A DNA stretch of 64,000 nucleotides from a virus. Each line of letters opens with the position of its first letter. Within the stretch, counting starts at the first letter, position 1. Of this stretch, positions 1 to 10,398 are shown piece by piece. Under the pieces are notes generated by a model. The model saw only the letters and a list, made by a program, of their open reading frames with translations, did no database searches and was not told the origin of the DNA. The position numbers and the translations under genes are program-made. The DNA is taken from positions 32,001 to 96,000 of the IMG/VR virus record IMGVR_UViG_3300025674_000019; one strand, given 5' to 3'.

Positions 1-184
1 GGTTCTCTATCTCGTACAAAGTCGCCACGGATGCGTAAGTATCATACTCTTCTCCTCTATCATCAACAGAGTACACGAACACTTCCGAGCGAATTTCTTG
101 AGCATCAGTTACCTCAAGAGTGGTCTGAGGCTTATTGTCCGCATTGATTGTGCTAACCCTAGATAACTGAAGAGATGCTGCCAT
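1..184 (-). CDS. 5' part of a hypothetical, probably virion, protein (MAASLQLSRVSTINADNKPQTTLEV...) running off the window's left edge
   Basis: Open frame from the ATG at 184 to position 1, with GGGAG 6 nt upstream. Missing from the ORF track because it is truncated. Confidence 0.7.
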   Translation of the reverse strand, partial: MAASLQLSRVSTINADNKPQTTLEVTDAQEIRSEVFVYSVDDRGEEYDTYASVATLYEIEN

Positions 185-713
185 GGTTTACTCCCTTGGG
201 ATAGATGCTAGCCTGCGCTCTACAGGCTTATCAATTATAAGCGCACAAGGTAAGGGTTTTGTAAAAAACCTTAAGCCGGGCAATCTTAAAGGAGGTGCGC
301 GCCTGCAGTTCATGTACGAAGAGACGCTCTCTTGGATCGAGAGTGTAGACGTAGACTCTTCTCAAATAGGCGTAGTAGTGATGGAGGGTCCTGCTTACTC
401 CGCTAACACTAAGGCTTTCTCGATGGGAGAGGCCTACGGTATCTTTAAGTTTCTGTGCGCCTCTGAGTATTGCCTTGAACCGCTTACACCAAGCCCAAAA
501 GAGCTAAAAAAATATCTAACAGGTACAGGCGACGCAAAGAAGCCCAAGATGAAAGCCTTTGCAGGTGTTCTAGGCTGCCCCAGCAAGCAAGAAGATATCT
601 GTGATTCCTGGGCCGCAGGCCTCCTTGGCTGGGACGTCCTTCACAAGAGCAACACTCCCGGAACTAGGGCCGCCCTGGAGGTAATCTCTAAGGTGCAGAA
701 GGAACATAGCTAG
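183..713 (+). CDS. RuvC-like Holliday junction resolvase
   Basis: RuvC catalytic pattern: GIDASLRSTG, VVMEGPAY, KKYLTGTGDAKK and DICDSWAAG. Confidence 0.85.
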   Translation: MVYSLGIDASLRSTGLSIISAQGKGFVKNLKPGNLKGGARLQFMYEETLSWIESVDVDSSQIGVVVMEGPAYSANTKAFSMGEAYGIFKFLCASEYCLEPLTPSPKELKKYLTGTGDAKKPKMKAFAGVLGCPSKQEDICDSWAAGLLGWDVLHKSNTPGTRAALEVISKVQKEHS

Positions 714-2445
714 CAAGAAGCGGAAGCTCGTTACCATGTACTGTCTTAAACGTAAGGCGAAAGAAGAGGTCGTAAGAGGCGGCGGTAACGTTATACCCGT
801 CCGCCCCTATGACAATGTACAGGATAGTCTTAGCCCTATCTTCTTCCGTCTGTATCAGTAGATTCCCCGTGAGAGTTGTGCCGCTATAGGTTAGGTCCTC
901 GCTGTTTCTATAATACCCTGGCTCTGACTTTACTGGCCCGTTATCTGTAATTTCACTAGATGAAGGGCATGCCCCGAAGATGTCGTTCACATTACCTATA
1001 GCCGTATATACTATCCTGGACTCTCCTAGATCCGCGTACTCCTGTATCTTTGATCGGTACTTAGCTACTTGGACTAAGACGGCTATGGGCTTAGAAGTAT
1101 CGCTTAAGTACGGGCTACCGGAAACAGAGATAGAGTCTAAATAGTAAGATCTACCAGTAGGTATCTCAGGGATGTCTAAGCTCACTGGTATAGCAAGCAA
1201 GTACTGGTTATTTCCTAAGTCCAGTATGTCGTTTGATAGGCTGTTGCCTTCGACAGAAGTAGAGTTAACTACCAAGCTACTCAGCCTAAAGGTGCTCTCA
1301 TAGCTTTCAATGGCACCTCCAAGCTCTGTGCTGGCTACGCCAGTATTGCTTAGAGTAATAGTAGAGTTTGCAGCGTTCTTTACATCGTCCGCATCCACTG
1401 CGCCAATGCCGTGAACAATGATCTTAGTTCCTGTGTAAGACGCAACTGGAATTAAGAACTCTTCTGGAGGAGCTCCCGCGTCCTCCAGGTCGATAGACCC
1501 CCAAGAAGGTGTCGCCCCTTCGCCAAAGTACTCTGTGCCGTCTATAAGGACTGTATCGCTAGAGGCTACCGAGTCAAATGGGAAGGTCGTTCTATTTGGC
1601 TCTAAGATATAAGCTACAAGACTGTCTTGCTCATCAAAGCGAACGGTAGCCGCATCCAAAGAGTACTCTAGCCCGCCTACATTGATAGCTACCGGGTGAT
1701 TGCTGCCGCTAGCTGAAGATAGCTTAGACCTAAAAAGAGCTCCGTCTTCTGTGTCTTTCGTTGTTATCTTAAGGCGGTACTGACTTGGGCTCTTGAAGAG
1801 AGCTTTGTCCCCGTCTGCGCCTGAAATATTGTTTGGCCTGTTAGTATTAGTGAGAAGGTCGTAAAGGCTGGTCACTATGGTGGAATCTTCTACCGCAGGG
1901 TTAGAAGTATTAGCGGCTATAAGATCTAGCGGGTTACTTGCTGCATCAGCTGCGCTGAGTAATGGTAGCCTAAAGCTTATAGAGTCCCCTGGGGATACGA
2001 GCCCTAACTTGGGATTATTGCCATTTGCTACCTCGTCGCTGTAAAAAGCTTCAAAGGCAGATCTGTCTATCGCATACTTCATTCCCGGAACCACCGCCCC
2101 CAGAATGGTGAGCGAAGAACTAGAACTAGGTTGAACGTAGAATGCTGAATCCGCTGCAACCCACTTTACCTCTACAGTACCGTCTATAACGGTACCGCCG
2201 GGCTGCACTGCCTCATTGTAGCTATACGAAAGAAACCCTGCAGACTGCAGAATATCTTCGTACTTTTTTACGTTTCTTTTTAGCTCTTCCGTGCGCAATC
2301 GCAGGTTCTCAGAAGGCCTAGACAGTACAGCCTGGTTTACACTCTGTCCGTTTAAAACAGGCTTGATAGAAGACTGAGTGCTCTCTCCAGAGTCGTACTG
2401 GTCGTCTGCATTATTGTAATTTTTGTTCTTAAATACTACAGGCAT
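688..2445 (-). CDS. hypothetical virion/baseplate protein (585 aa)
   Basis: Long S/T/D/G-rich ORF at the end of the baseplate operon. Confidence 0.6.
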   Translation of the reverse strand: MPVVFKNKNYNNADDQYDSGESTQSSIKPVLNGQSVNQAVLSRPSENLRLRTEELKRNVKKYEDILQSAGFLSYSYNEAVQPGGTVIDGTVEVKWVAADSAFYVQPSSSSSLTILGAVVPGMKYAIDRSAFEAFYSDEVANGNNPKLGLVSPGDSISFRLPLLSAADAASNPLDLIAANTSNPAVEDSTIVTSLYDLLTNTNRPNNISGADGDKALFKSPSQYRLKITTKDTEDGALFRSKLSSASGSNHPVAINVGGLEYSLDAATVRFDEQDSLVAYILEPNRTTFPFDSVASSDTVLIDGTEYFGEGATPSWGSIDLEDAGAPPEEFLIPVASYTGTKIIVHGIGAVDADDVKNAANSTITLSNTGVASTELGGAIESYESTFRLSSLVVNSTSVEGNSLSNDILDLGNNQYLLAIPVSLDIPEIPTGRSYYLDSISVSGSPYLSDTSKPIAVLVQVAKYRSKIQEYADLGESRIVYTAIGNVNDIFGACPSSSEITDNGPVKSEPGYYRNSEDLTYSGTTLTGNLLIQTEEDRAKTILYIVIGADGYNVTAASYDLFFRLTFKTVHGNELPLLASYVPSAP

Positions 2446-2459
2446 GTCTCACTCCGGGC

Positions 2460-4022
2460 CTACACTAGATTGTGCAATAATAATGTGCCTACTGGCAATG
2501 AATCTTGGATAGATCTTATAAGATCTTCTTGCACAGAAAACGTCGTAGGCAAAGACGCCGCTGCTGGGCTGAACTTAATACCCACAAGCTTCCACTTAAG
2601 AAAGTCTTCTGTAAGCGCGGTAGCGAGCACCCTTCTCGTAGCGTCACCTATATTAAAGTGGTAGTCCCCTATCCTCTGCTCAGGGATAACCCACTCATCC
2701 GGGCTCCCTACTACATTATCGTGCTGTCCTGGGATAATCTCCCTATCGAGCTCTTCCACTAGCCCTGGCGCTACATTAAGTGGGATCTCTGGTAGCAAGT
2801 TCTCCTCGTGCCACCAGTCAGTGCTAGCCCCTACGAATACTTGTATGTCGCTGCACAACGGCTCTAGCTTATCGAACTCTAAAGGCTGCCTAGCCGGCTG
2901 CTCCACATCGTCAACTATGTACAGCGCTTGGGAGACGTCTGATCTTAGGCTAAGCCCACTAGCTACCACGTAGTCGCCTAAGTTAGTCGTTACCTTTACG
3001 TTGCCAGAAGGACTCTGAGTCTTAGAAGTGAGCAATTCCTCTCCCACAAAAGACCCTGCCTCGAACACCGGCATGCCTAAGAACAAATTGCACGCAGATA
3101 GTAGAGTCTCTTTAGTAGGCGGAGCTGTGCTTAGTAGAGCCTTTGCTTTTAGGATTTTCCTGTAATGCTCGTCGCTAGGGCGCACAGCAGTAGAGTATCG
3201 GTATCCAAAGTGAGTATAAAGGTACTCAGTATCTTCTACGTAATCATTGGCTATCAAGTAGCAGGTCCTAGACTCCATGGTAAAGAGCCTAGGAGTGACG
3301 TCTAGAGTACTGGCTCCTGCAGAGTAACTAATCCTGGAACACTCCAGAGTGGCCGGGTGCGACGGCTCTAAGATAATCTTGGACTCATCAACTATGGTGA
3401 GCACTCGGCTCGATGAAGATGCTCCCAAATTGGACTGCAAAATGATATCGTCACCTGTAGCCAAGTCTCCTGTCCAGTCACTGTTCTCGCTAGAGACGTC
3501 TAGCCTATAGTAGTCCTGGACGAGCAGAGTGCTCTTCTGCGCTCCCGCCGTATCTAGGGGGTTTGTTCTAAACACAATGTAGACGGAAGACTCTTTTATC
3601 CAGGAGTTGTCCTCGCTGAATAGGCCCATAAAGTTGAAGTCATTCCCTCTATAGATGAAAAAGTCTTCGTTTAGTATGAGTCTAGTAGTGGGATCGTCTG
3701 CCACGTTGCTAACGATAGACGATATAGAGATGAGCTGCCTGGGCGCTTCCATCACGTAGTAGAGGTACAAATCGTTAGTCTGAAAGTCTCTTCCCGTTTT
3801 AAGAAACATAGTATGCCTAGATACAGGGAGAAGCCTTCTCTTAGTATTCCTAGTGCTGACTACGCTGTCTATAGACCTGGACACTGCCGCAGAAGAGAGC
3901 TTACTGTAGCTATCAGAAGCTGAAGAAAAAACTCCCTCTACTAGGGCTTTCACCGCATCGTACTGTTTGAAGTGATTCTTCCAGAAATCACTAACAGTAG
4001 TTAGTAACAGGTCTGAACTCAT
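2460..4022 (-). CDS. putative baseplate wedge protein (520 aa)
   Basis: Translationally coupled downstream of the baseplate J-like gene. The YRKILKA...LLSACNLFLGMP segment resembles wedge proteins. Confidence 0.55.
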   Translation of the reverse strand: MSSDLLLTTVSDFWKNHFKQYDAVKALVEGVFSSASDSYSKLSSAAVSRSIDSVVSTRNTKRRLLPVSRHTMFLKTGRDFQTNDLYLYYVMEAPRQLISISSIVSNVADDPTTRLILNEDFFIYRGNDFNFMGLFSEDNSWIKESSVYIVFRTNPLDTAGAQKSTLLVQDYYRLDVSSENSDWTGDLATGDDIILQSNLGASSSSRVLTIVDESKIILEPSHPATLECSRISYSAGASTLDVTPRLFTMESRTCYLIANDYVEDTEYLYTHFGYRYSTAVRPSDEHYRKILKAKALLSTAPPTKETLLSACNLFLGMPVFEAGSFVGEELLTSKTQSPSGNVKVTTNLGDYVVASGLSLRSDVSQALYIVDDVEQPARQPLEFDKLEPLCSDIQVFVGASTDWWHEENLLPEIPLNVAPGLVEELDREIIPGQHDNVVGSPDEWVIPEQRIGDYHFNIGDATRRVLATALTEDFLKWKLVGIKFSPAAASLPTTFSVQEDLIRSIQDSLPVGTLLLHNLV

Positions 4023-5716
4023 TGGACTATCCCCAAAGAGATGTCAGAAGCTAAGCAATGTACCACGCTGGTACTATCTGATACCTGCAGGCTCTCTAAG
4101 TACCCGTCAGGCAAGCTGTACTCCACGATAGTTGACTCGTACTCATAGTATGGGCTTGAGTCGGAGTAAGAGGTGCTAGTGGTGGGCTTGAAGAAGACTT
4201 TGTTTCCGTCCGGTAGCAGCACAGAATAGGTAAAACTAGACGAGCTAAGGTCTATGTTGATTATGTATGAAGAGTACTCTTCCATGATGTAGTGGACTAC
4301 ATCTGAAAGGTTAAGCTCTTCTTTAGTGGCGGGATACCTAGAGATATACGAAGCTAAATCAGCTTTTACCGTACTCTCAGGCAGGTCTCCCGGCCTGTCT
4401 TCCCTCAGTCTTACCTTTAGAGAGAAGTATATATTCTTTACAGTCGGAGTGTACACTAGCTGGTCCACTCCTAAGGGTAAGATATCGGAAGCGCTAGCCG
4501 TAGTCTCAGCTAGGCTATGTCCTTTAGGGAGTAGCGACATGAAGGTTACCGCTTGGTCTTCCACTCTAGTAAGAATCTTCATGTTCTCCAGAGAGGTCCT
4601 GCAGTAAATAGGGCCAGACAGGCTAGTTAATCCGCTAGTGTCTGTCGGAGTATCGTATCTAAGCCTATACTCAGAGGCCTCTAGAGCATCACCATGCGCT
4701 CTGTCTATCAGTAGCTCTTTCTCCTTGAGCACTACCTCTCTGCCGTCCGAAGTAGTAACTTCGCTGATAAGGCTAAATCCTAGCGCCCGCACATCGGCGG
4801 CCTTAGCGACTGAGGCTGGAGCAGAAGTCTCCGTTCCAACTGTGTCTATATTCTTTGTGTCCTGGTAGTACCCCAAGTTAGCGTAGATGTTGCTCTTCCC
4901 TAAGATCCTTACTTCCGTAGAATTTATAGAGAGAATATCTCTCTTCATAGCGGAAGAGTCTGCTCCGGTAGTACTAACAGACACGCAGGTTTCTAGGGAG
5001 TCTAGTAGGTAGGCCTCTATCCCGGACTTAGAGTACATGCCCCTAGTGGTGAGGGCTCCCTTAATCCTCTGAGCTAAAGAAGAGTTTGTCTCTTCTCCTT
5101 CTGCCGGACTAAAGGCGGTCTTGTTATGCACTCGCACTAGGTTGTCTACGGCAGGGTTCATTCCCTCAAACTCACCTGGAGAGAGAGATGAGCCTATAAA
5201 GCTTACAGTGCCTTCCACGACTATATCGTAGTAGTAGTTCCCTGTAAGCTCTCCGTCGTCTCCTACCTCCTCTAAGAGATCCTCTCCTAGTACAACCAAA
5301 TCCTGGTCTAAGCCTCCCGCCCCAGCGTAGAAGAACTCTACTCCAGTAGTCCTCGTAAAGATTGTGTTTGCAGGGACCACAAACCCCTGTCTTTGGCTCA
5401 CAACTATAGTGGCAACGCCCTGGGAAGTAGTCCCAGCCTTCCTCTCTATAAAGAAGTTACTGGCTATCTCGTCTAGAACTTGGGCACTAGAGCGGTCTTC
5501 TACTTCAGATACTCTACTAATGTCTAAACTATTGACTACTCTTTGAGCTTCCTTCTCTACTAGAAGCGCAACATAAGCAGCAGGCTTAACTACGAGGTCA
5601 TTGAAAAAGGAGCCTTCCCTAAGGTTCGAGTCTCCGATCTTTCCCTGTAAGAAAGCTCGAAGGTATCTCTGCTTATCGAGCACCTCTTGAGTAGTGATCG
5701 TTACGCCATTTAGCAT
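4019..5716 (-). CDS. baseplate J/gp47-like wedge protein
   Basis: LDEIASNFFIERKAG, VVPANTIF and GEETNSSLAQRIKGAL motifs; follows a gp25-like gene. Confidence 0.8.
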   Translation of the reverse strand: MLNGVTITTQEVLDKQRYLRAFLQGKIGDSNLREGSFFNDLVVKPAAYVALLVEKEAQRVVNSLDISRVSEVEDRSSAQVLDEIASNFFIERKAGTTSQGVATIVVSQRQGFVVPANTIFTRTTGVEFFYAGAGGLDQDLVVLGEDLLEEVGDDGELTGNYYYDIVVEGTVSFIGSSLSPGEFEGMNPAVDNLVRVHNKTAFSPAEGEETNSSLAQRIKGALTTRGMYSKSGIEAYLLDSLETCVSVSTTGADSSAMKRDILSINSTEVRILGKSNIYANLGYYQDTKNIDTVGTETSAPASVAKAADVRALGFSLISEVTTSDGREVVLKEKELLIDRAHGDALEASEYRLRYDTPTDTSGLTSLSGPIYCRTSLENMKILTRVEDQAVTFMSLLPKGHSLAETTASASDILPLGVDQLVYTPTVKNIYFSLKVRLREDRPGDLPESTVKADLASYISRYPATKEELNLSDVVHYIMEEYSSYIINIDLSSSSFTYSVLLPDGNKVFFKPTTSTSYSDSSPYYEYESTIVEYSLPDGYLESLQVSDSTSVVHCLASDISLGIVQ

Positions 5717-5717
5717 T

Positions 5718-6170
5718 TTATACCTCTAGGTGTAGAAGGCCTGTCTTTCCGGACTCTGCAACTATAAGTATAGATACTTGGGCTGAATCATTGGTAGGGA
5801 AGGAAATGCTCACCAGATTGACAGACTTAAGGACCGCGTCTTGATCCCCCGGGGTAAAAGAGCTTCTCTGCTCTCTAAGCATGGACTCTTCTATATCTAT
5901 AAGTGCCCTAGAAAAAACTGTAGAGAAACTAGCGGAGTCTGAAGATCCGGCTAGCCTGCCAATACTGCCGCCAAGCTGGGGTCGGAGCGGGTCAGACCCC
6001 TTAGTAGTAAACAGTAGGTAGAGAACTCTAGAGGCCAGCGCGCTGAGGCCGCTAGCCTTAACAATCTCCCCCGACTCGTCCGTGCCGAATACAAAGTTAG
6101 GCTTTAGAGGGCTGAAGGACGTGGGGGACTCCGATGGTTCTAACCCTTCGGGAACTATAGAAATATCCAT
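5718..6170 (-). CDS. gp25/GPW-like baseplate protein
   Basis: LLFTTKGSDPLRPQLGGSI motif; size and position upstream of baseplate J fit. Confidence 0.75.
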   Translation of the reverse strand: MDISIVPEGLEPSESPTSFSPLKPNFVFGTDESGEIVKASGLSALASRVLYLLFTTKGSDPLRPQLGGSIGRLAGSSDSASFSTVFSRALIDIEESMLREQRSSFTPGDQDAVLKSVNLVSISFPTNDSAQVSILIVAESGKTGLLHLEV

Positions 6171-6610
6171 CAGCTAAACTCCTCTCCGTACTCCAGTTCG
6201 TCCTGACCTGCCTGGACCTCTGACTCTCTCTCAGCCTCTGCTAGCTGCTCGGAGAACGCTGTATACTGCTCAGAAATTATGTCTCTATCCGAGTCAGCGC
6301 GCAATCCGGCATTATGCCTACTAGATAATGAGCTAAAAGAAAGGGCCCTCCTAGTAGTAACCAGATCATCATAAGCCATAGAGAAAACTCTGTGGTACAT
6401 ATCTGGGAGAGAGTCAGCCTCTGTAGAGGAAATATACTGGTCGGCCTTGCCTATAAGGTAGCCTAGAACCTGTAAAAATAGCTGTACTTCAGACGGCCTA
6501 AAAGGTGATTGGCCTTCCGCCATCTTTAGAGTCTTAGTCTGTACAGCTTGAAGCGTGGCTGAGATGTCCCTCAACAAAACTAAAGCTGAGCTTAAGTTTT
6601 GCTCACTCAT
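6170..6610 (-). CDS. hypothetical protein
   Basis: 146-aa ORF coupled to both neighbours. Confidence 0.6.
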   Translation of the reverse strand: MSEQNLSSALVLLRDISATLQAVQTKTLKMAEGQSPFRPSEVQLFLQVLGYLIGKADQYISSTEADSLPDMYHRVFSMAYDDLVTTRRALSFSSLSSRHNAGLRADSDRDIISEQYTAFSEQLAEAERESEVQAGQDELEYGEEFS

Positions 6611-7302
6611 TTAAGGCCCCTGTAGGTTAGTACTCTGTCCCTAATTCTTCTCTTGCTGTGAGATATCTGGCCTTGCGTTAGCTTAGCCTTCTTAGACAGC
6701 CCAGACCCAGATAGAACCGGTGCTCCGCCGTATCCGGTAGTGTGCTCGAAGACTACTTTATCCTGGTCATTAAGGTCATGGTAGATGAAGTCCAGCTCTC
6801 CCATGTCAGAGTTAAAGCTCTCAAAGCCAGGAGGAGTAGGCTTAGAAGTACTGTACTGGCCCCGAAGCTCTTCTCTGAATCTACCTACTTCTTTCTGAGA
6901 CCACTTAAGGTCCTCTGAGAGCTCTACTACGGTAGGCATTCTTCCCAGCTTATTCGTTAATTCTTCCTGGCTTGTAAGAAACGTCCCTGTCTTGTACGTC
7001 CTAGACTCAGGCATTCTAGCCACTTGAGTTTCGTAAACAGGCCTGGACAGTCCCTTTAAGTGGTTAGTCACATGCGTGTTTAGCTGTGCCTTTGCCGGGT
7101 CAAAGTTTTTGACAGCGTCAGCGACTATACCTTTAGCCTTGATCTTTAGTACCATCGGGGCGACATTGCCTCCGCCCCACTTGTTAACGGCTTTATTTAT
7201 AGTTCCGTCAAACTGCTTAAGCAGAGGGTTGAGCGTACTTTTACCTGGGTTGGCGTTGTAGGCCTTCCATAGCTCCATGTCTTTGTCTGATCTAGCGCTC
7301 AT
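6607..7302 (-). CDS. phage sigma-70-like RNA polymerase sigma factor
   Basis: Region 2-like AVKNFDPAKAQLNTHV, region 3-like LTNKLGRMPTVVELSEDLKWS, and a C-terminal HTH-like region 4. Confidence 0.75.
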   Translation of the reverse strand: MSARSDKDMELWKAYNANPGKSTLNPLLKQFDGTINKAVNKWGGGNVAPMVLKIKAKGIVADAVKNFDPAKAQLNTHVTNHLKGLSRPVYETQVARMPESRTYKTGTFLTSQEELTNKLGRMPTVVELSEDLKWSQKEVGRFREELRGQYSTSKPTPPGFESFNSDMGELDFIYHDLNDQDKVVFEHTTGYGGAPVLSGSGLSKKAKLTQGQISHSKRRIRDRVLTYRGLK

Positions 7303-7305
7303 GCC

Positions 7306-10300
7306 TTAAGCTCCTTTAATCGGATTAGTACCCTCAATTATAGTCAAGTAGTCTAGTAGTAGACTCTGCCAGTCCCTTCTAGAGTCAGCTAAGTCTGTGT
7401 ATTTAGCTACGTCATCTTGGCTAAAAGACTTGAACACCTGGTTGGGGCCCTGCTCCGTAATGGTAGTAAGCTGTAGTGTAGCTGCCTCGGCCCTCTCTCG
7501 CTCTTCTAGCTGGTCTAGGTACAGGCCAGAGTCTTGTAGATCATCGGAGTCTAGGGCCTTGAGCCGGTTAAGGCTGGAGGCTAATGCCCGAGATCTGCCC
7601 CTAACGGAAGACCCAGGCTCTAGCCCAGGACCCCCTATAAACTGCCTGATTACATCGTAGTACTTTGCGCCAGAGAGGGAGTCTATCCTCGGGTTTAGCC
7701 TTACACCTCTGCCTCTACCGATAGGGTCTAGATTGGCAGCCGTCCTTCCCGCAGTAGCGTAAAAGTCTATATACTGCTCCAGCGTACATACCGGTCTAGA
7801 GCAGTACCGCATAGCATGGTCAGTGCTAGAGAAGTACCTAGAGGCCTCGGGAAGAGGAACTAGCTTGGAGTTCTCCTGATAGCCTTCTTTGCTGAGCCTG
7901 CTTTCATCCACGTTAGGTATTTTTTGGCGGGCTAGTTTGGCGTCGGAATCCCTCATTACGATGAACGAGGGATCCTCAGAATCTACTGATTCCCACCCCA
8001 AGAACTGCTTAAAGTCGAAAGCTGAGGGGTGCAGCAGCAAGGGGTAGTAATCTGGGTTGTCCCTGTCTATTGTCTCGGGGAGAAGGGCGGCTTGCCTCTC
8101 CACGTCCCTTGTCTTCGAAGCTACAGCCTCTCGTAGACCTTCTACGTCTTCTGCAGAAGATGAAACAGATGCGCTTACTGCTTCGAGCCTCGCTTTCAGG
8201 TCAGCTAGCTCTTCTTGGAGAGCTTTATACTCCAATATTGCAGAACGGGTAGCTTCGTCCACCAAGGGAGCCTTACCTATCTCGTTCTTTTTGAATAGCT
8301 GACTGTAGTACTCATTTGCGGTCTGGTAAATCTGCAGAAGGTCCCGAACTTCAGATACCGGCTCTTGGGGCGCCATGTCTAAATTAGCTGCGTCAGACTC
8401 AATGTTCTTGAGAGTCTCTTCTATATGTCGAACCTTACTGATGTTAACAGAAGTCATAGCGCTAGAAGGGGACAGGCTGTGCTGGATAGAGACTATCTCT
8501 CCAAAGATCTGATGTCCTGTCTCGCCATTACTCAGCAAAGAGCAAGGCATGCCCACTACCATATAAGGGTTGAATACAGTAGAAGCGCTCGCAGAAACAG
8601 CTCCATACTTTCTAGATAGGTACTCCTTTTGAGCAACCAAGAAGTAGAGTCCATAGCTGCTAAACCCATTTGTGCTCATCCTCTGAGCGCTTGCTATGGC
8701 CCTGTTAGCTGTCTCTGGGTCTAAGCCTGCAGGTAAAGCTGTAGCTGCTGAGCGGTTTGAAGGGGCTGAGAACCTGGCTGAGTTAGCGTACTTCTGCAAG
8801 TCCATATAGGTTGGGTGCATATTATCTATGACAGGGTTCGGGCCCTTAAAGTACTCCTCCGGAAAGATAAGGTACTCTAAGCCTTCTCTGGCGCTTCCCG
8901 CAGCATTTTGTGCGTGCCCTACCGCTACGCTTGGGTACCCCACTCTAGAAGGATCCATGTTATAGCCTGGGGACTTATTTGTTAAGTTTAGCTTACCGTA
9001 TGGCCCTCTTTTGTTATAATAAAGCCTAGTAGGCTTAGCACTGTAAGAGTCACTAATACTTACAGAGAATGTCATTGAAGGGAATATGGCATTGCATGAC
9101 GGAGGAATAGAGTAAGAGGATATTGGGTTAGTAAGATAGCTAGCTATGCAGAGCCTTCTCTTACTCTTGCTGAGTGCCGAGCTCCATCCTGGGTAGTCTA
9201 TGCCTTCTTCCCCTGGCTTAGACTCTGGCTTAGAGTCGTAAAAGCTGGCGTGAGGTAATCCGTAATTATCGACTTGGTATGCTGGAGGCGCAAGTACTTC
9301 GGTTATACTATAGAAGTACATATTATACAGGTTCTGGATCAAACCTAGGGCGCTCCCTCCTGGTCCGTACTGAGCGCCCGTCTGTCTAACCATAGACTTA
9401 ACGAACTTCTTAGCTTTAGCGCTTCTAAGAAACGGAAATACCCCTCCACCCATGTGGGCCTTTATAGGGTTGTCGGAGTTTGGAATGCCTTCTAGGTACG
9501 GAGAGCAAACCCAGTGCTCTCTGAATCTGAGTAGTCGCATATACCTAGAGAAGAACCCAGTAATCGCAACCTGACTTCCCTGAATAGCCTTCTCTTGGAT
9601 ATCTCTAGCTATCTCTGCACGTATCAGAAGGTCTTGAAACTTCGAGATAGAATCTAACGATCCTCCCTGAGATACCGCTACCGAGATCACATCTCTATTG
9701 ATCCCTTTTAGTAGCGCTTGAGACCTCTGCTCATCTGTGATGGCTCCTTGAAAAGAGCCTACACGGTCCTGCAGCCTGCGTATGCGCCTCTTGTAACTCC
9801 TATCCAGCTGCCCTGCTTTGCTTCTAACGAGCTCTTCCAAAGATTCAGCTGATTGCCTAAGGTCTGACCTAGCTGTGTCTCTCTTTACCCCTAAGCAGAT
9901 GTTAAACACGTTCTCTATAAAGTCGAACGGCCTAGCTAACGGCCTACCTGAGAGGCTCTCTGTGAGGAAAGAGCTAGCGGTCTTGCCTCGTACAACGATC
10001 TGATTAGGGTAATCCTTAGTAGCAGTATTAGATCCTCGCTTCTTCTTTAGAAAAGAGAAGTAGAGGCTAGACAAAACGTTTACATTACTCTCGGCGGTAA
10101 ACCCGCAGCTTTCTCCGTCGGGCTGGTTAGAGTAGCTCTGCCCTGTTATCCTTCCCTCAAAGAGAAGGCACCAAGTAGGGTTATCGTAGTAGTACACATC
10201 TAAATAAAAGATAGCTACATTCAGGTTGTCTTCATCTCCCAGGCCTCTAAGGATAGAGTGAGCAGGTAGAGATAGACTGGCACTGGCGTACCCCCCTGCT

Positions 10301-10398
10301 TGCACAGACACGCTAGCAGAGCTACAGGGTACTCTAACTCCATTTATGTATACTAAGAATCCGCCTAGAGTGGCGTCTCTTCCGTAGTCTGAAGCCAT
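7306..10398 (-). CDS. putative baseplate hub/tail protein (1030 aa)
   Basis: N-terminal VYINGVRVP...LLFEGRITG and later FNPYMVVGMP...GEIVSIQHSL are typical of hub proteins; lies downstream of the tape measure gene. Confidence 0.65.
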   Translation of the reverse strand: MASDYGRDATLGGFLVYINGVRVPCSSASVSVQAGGYASASLSLPAHSILRGLGDEDNLNVAIFYLDVYYYDNPTWCLLFEGRITGQSYSNQPDGESCGFTAESNVNVLSSLYFSFLKKKRGSNTATKDYPNQIVVRGKTASSFLTESLSGRPLARPFDFIENVFNICLGVKRDTARSDLRQSAESLEELVRSKAGQLDRSYKRRIRRLQDRVGSFQGAITDEQRSQALLKGINRDVISVAVSQGGSLDSISKFQDLLIRAEIARDIQEKAIQGSQVAITGFFSRYMRLLRFREHWVCSPYLEGIPNSDNPIKAHMGGGVFPFLRSAKAKKFVKSMVRQTGAQYGPGGSALGLIQNLYNMYFYSITEVLAPPAYQVDNYGLPHASFYDSKPESKPGEEGIDYPGWSSALSKSKRRLCIASYLTNPISSYSIPPSCNAIFPSMTFSVSISDSYSAKPTRLYYNKRGPYGKLNLTNKSPGYNMDPSRVGYPSVAVGHAQNAAGSAREGLEYLIFPEEYFKGPNPVIDNMHPTYMDLQKYANSARFSAPSNRSAATALPAGLDPETANRAIASAQRMSTNGFSSYGLYFLVAQKEYLSRKYGAVSASASTVFNPYMVVGMPCSLLSNGETGHQIFGEIVSIQHSLSPSSAMTSVNISKVRHIEETLKNIESDAANLDMAPQEPVSEVRDLLQIYQTANEYYSQLFKKNEIGKAPLVDEATRSAILEYKALQEELADLKARLEAVSASVSSSAEDVEGLREAVASKTRDVERQAALLPETIDRDNPDYYPLLLHPSAFDFKQFLGWESVDSEDPSFIVMRDSDAKLARQKIPNVDESRLSKEGYQENSKLVPLPEASRYFSSTDHAMRYCSRPVCTLEQYIDFYATAGRTAANLDPIGRGRGVRLNPRIDSLSGAKYYDVIRQFIGGPGLEPGSSVRGRSRALASSLNRLKALDSDDLQDSGLYLDQLEERERAEAATLQLTTITEQGPNQVFKSFSQDDVAKYTDLADSRRDWQSLLLDYLTIIEGTNPIKGA

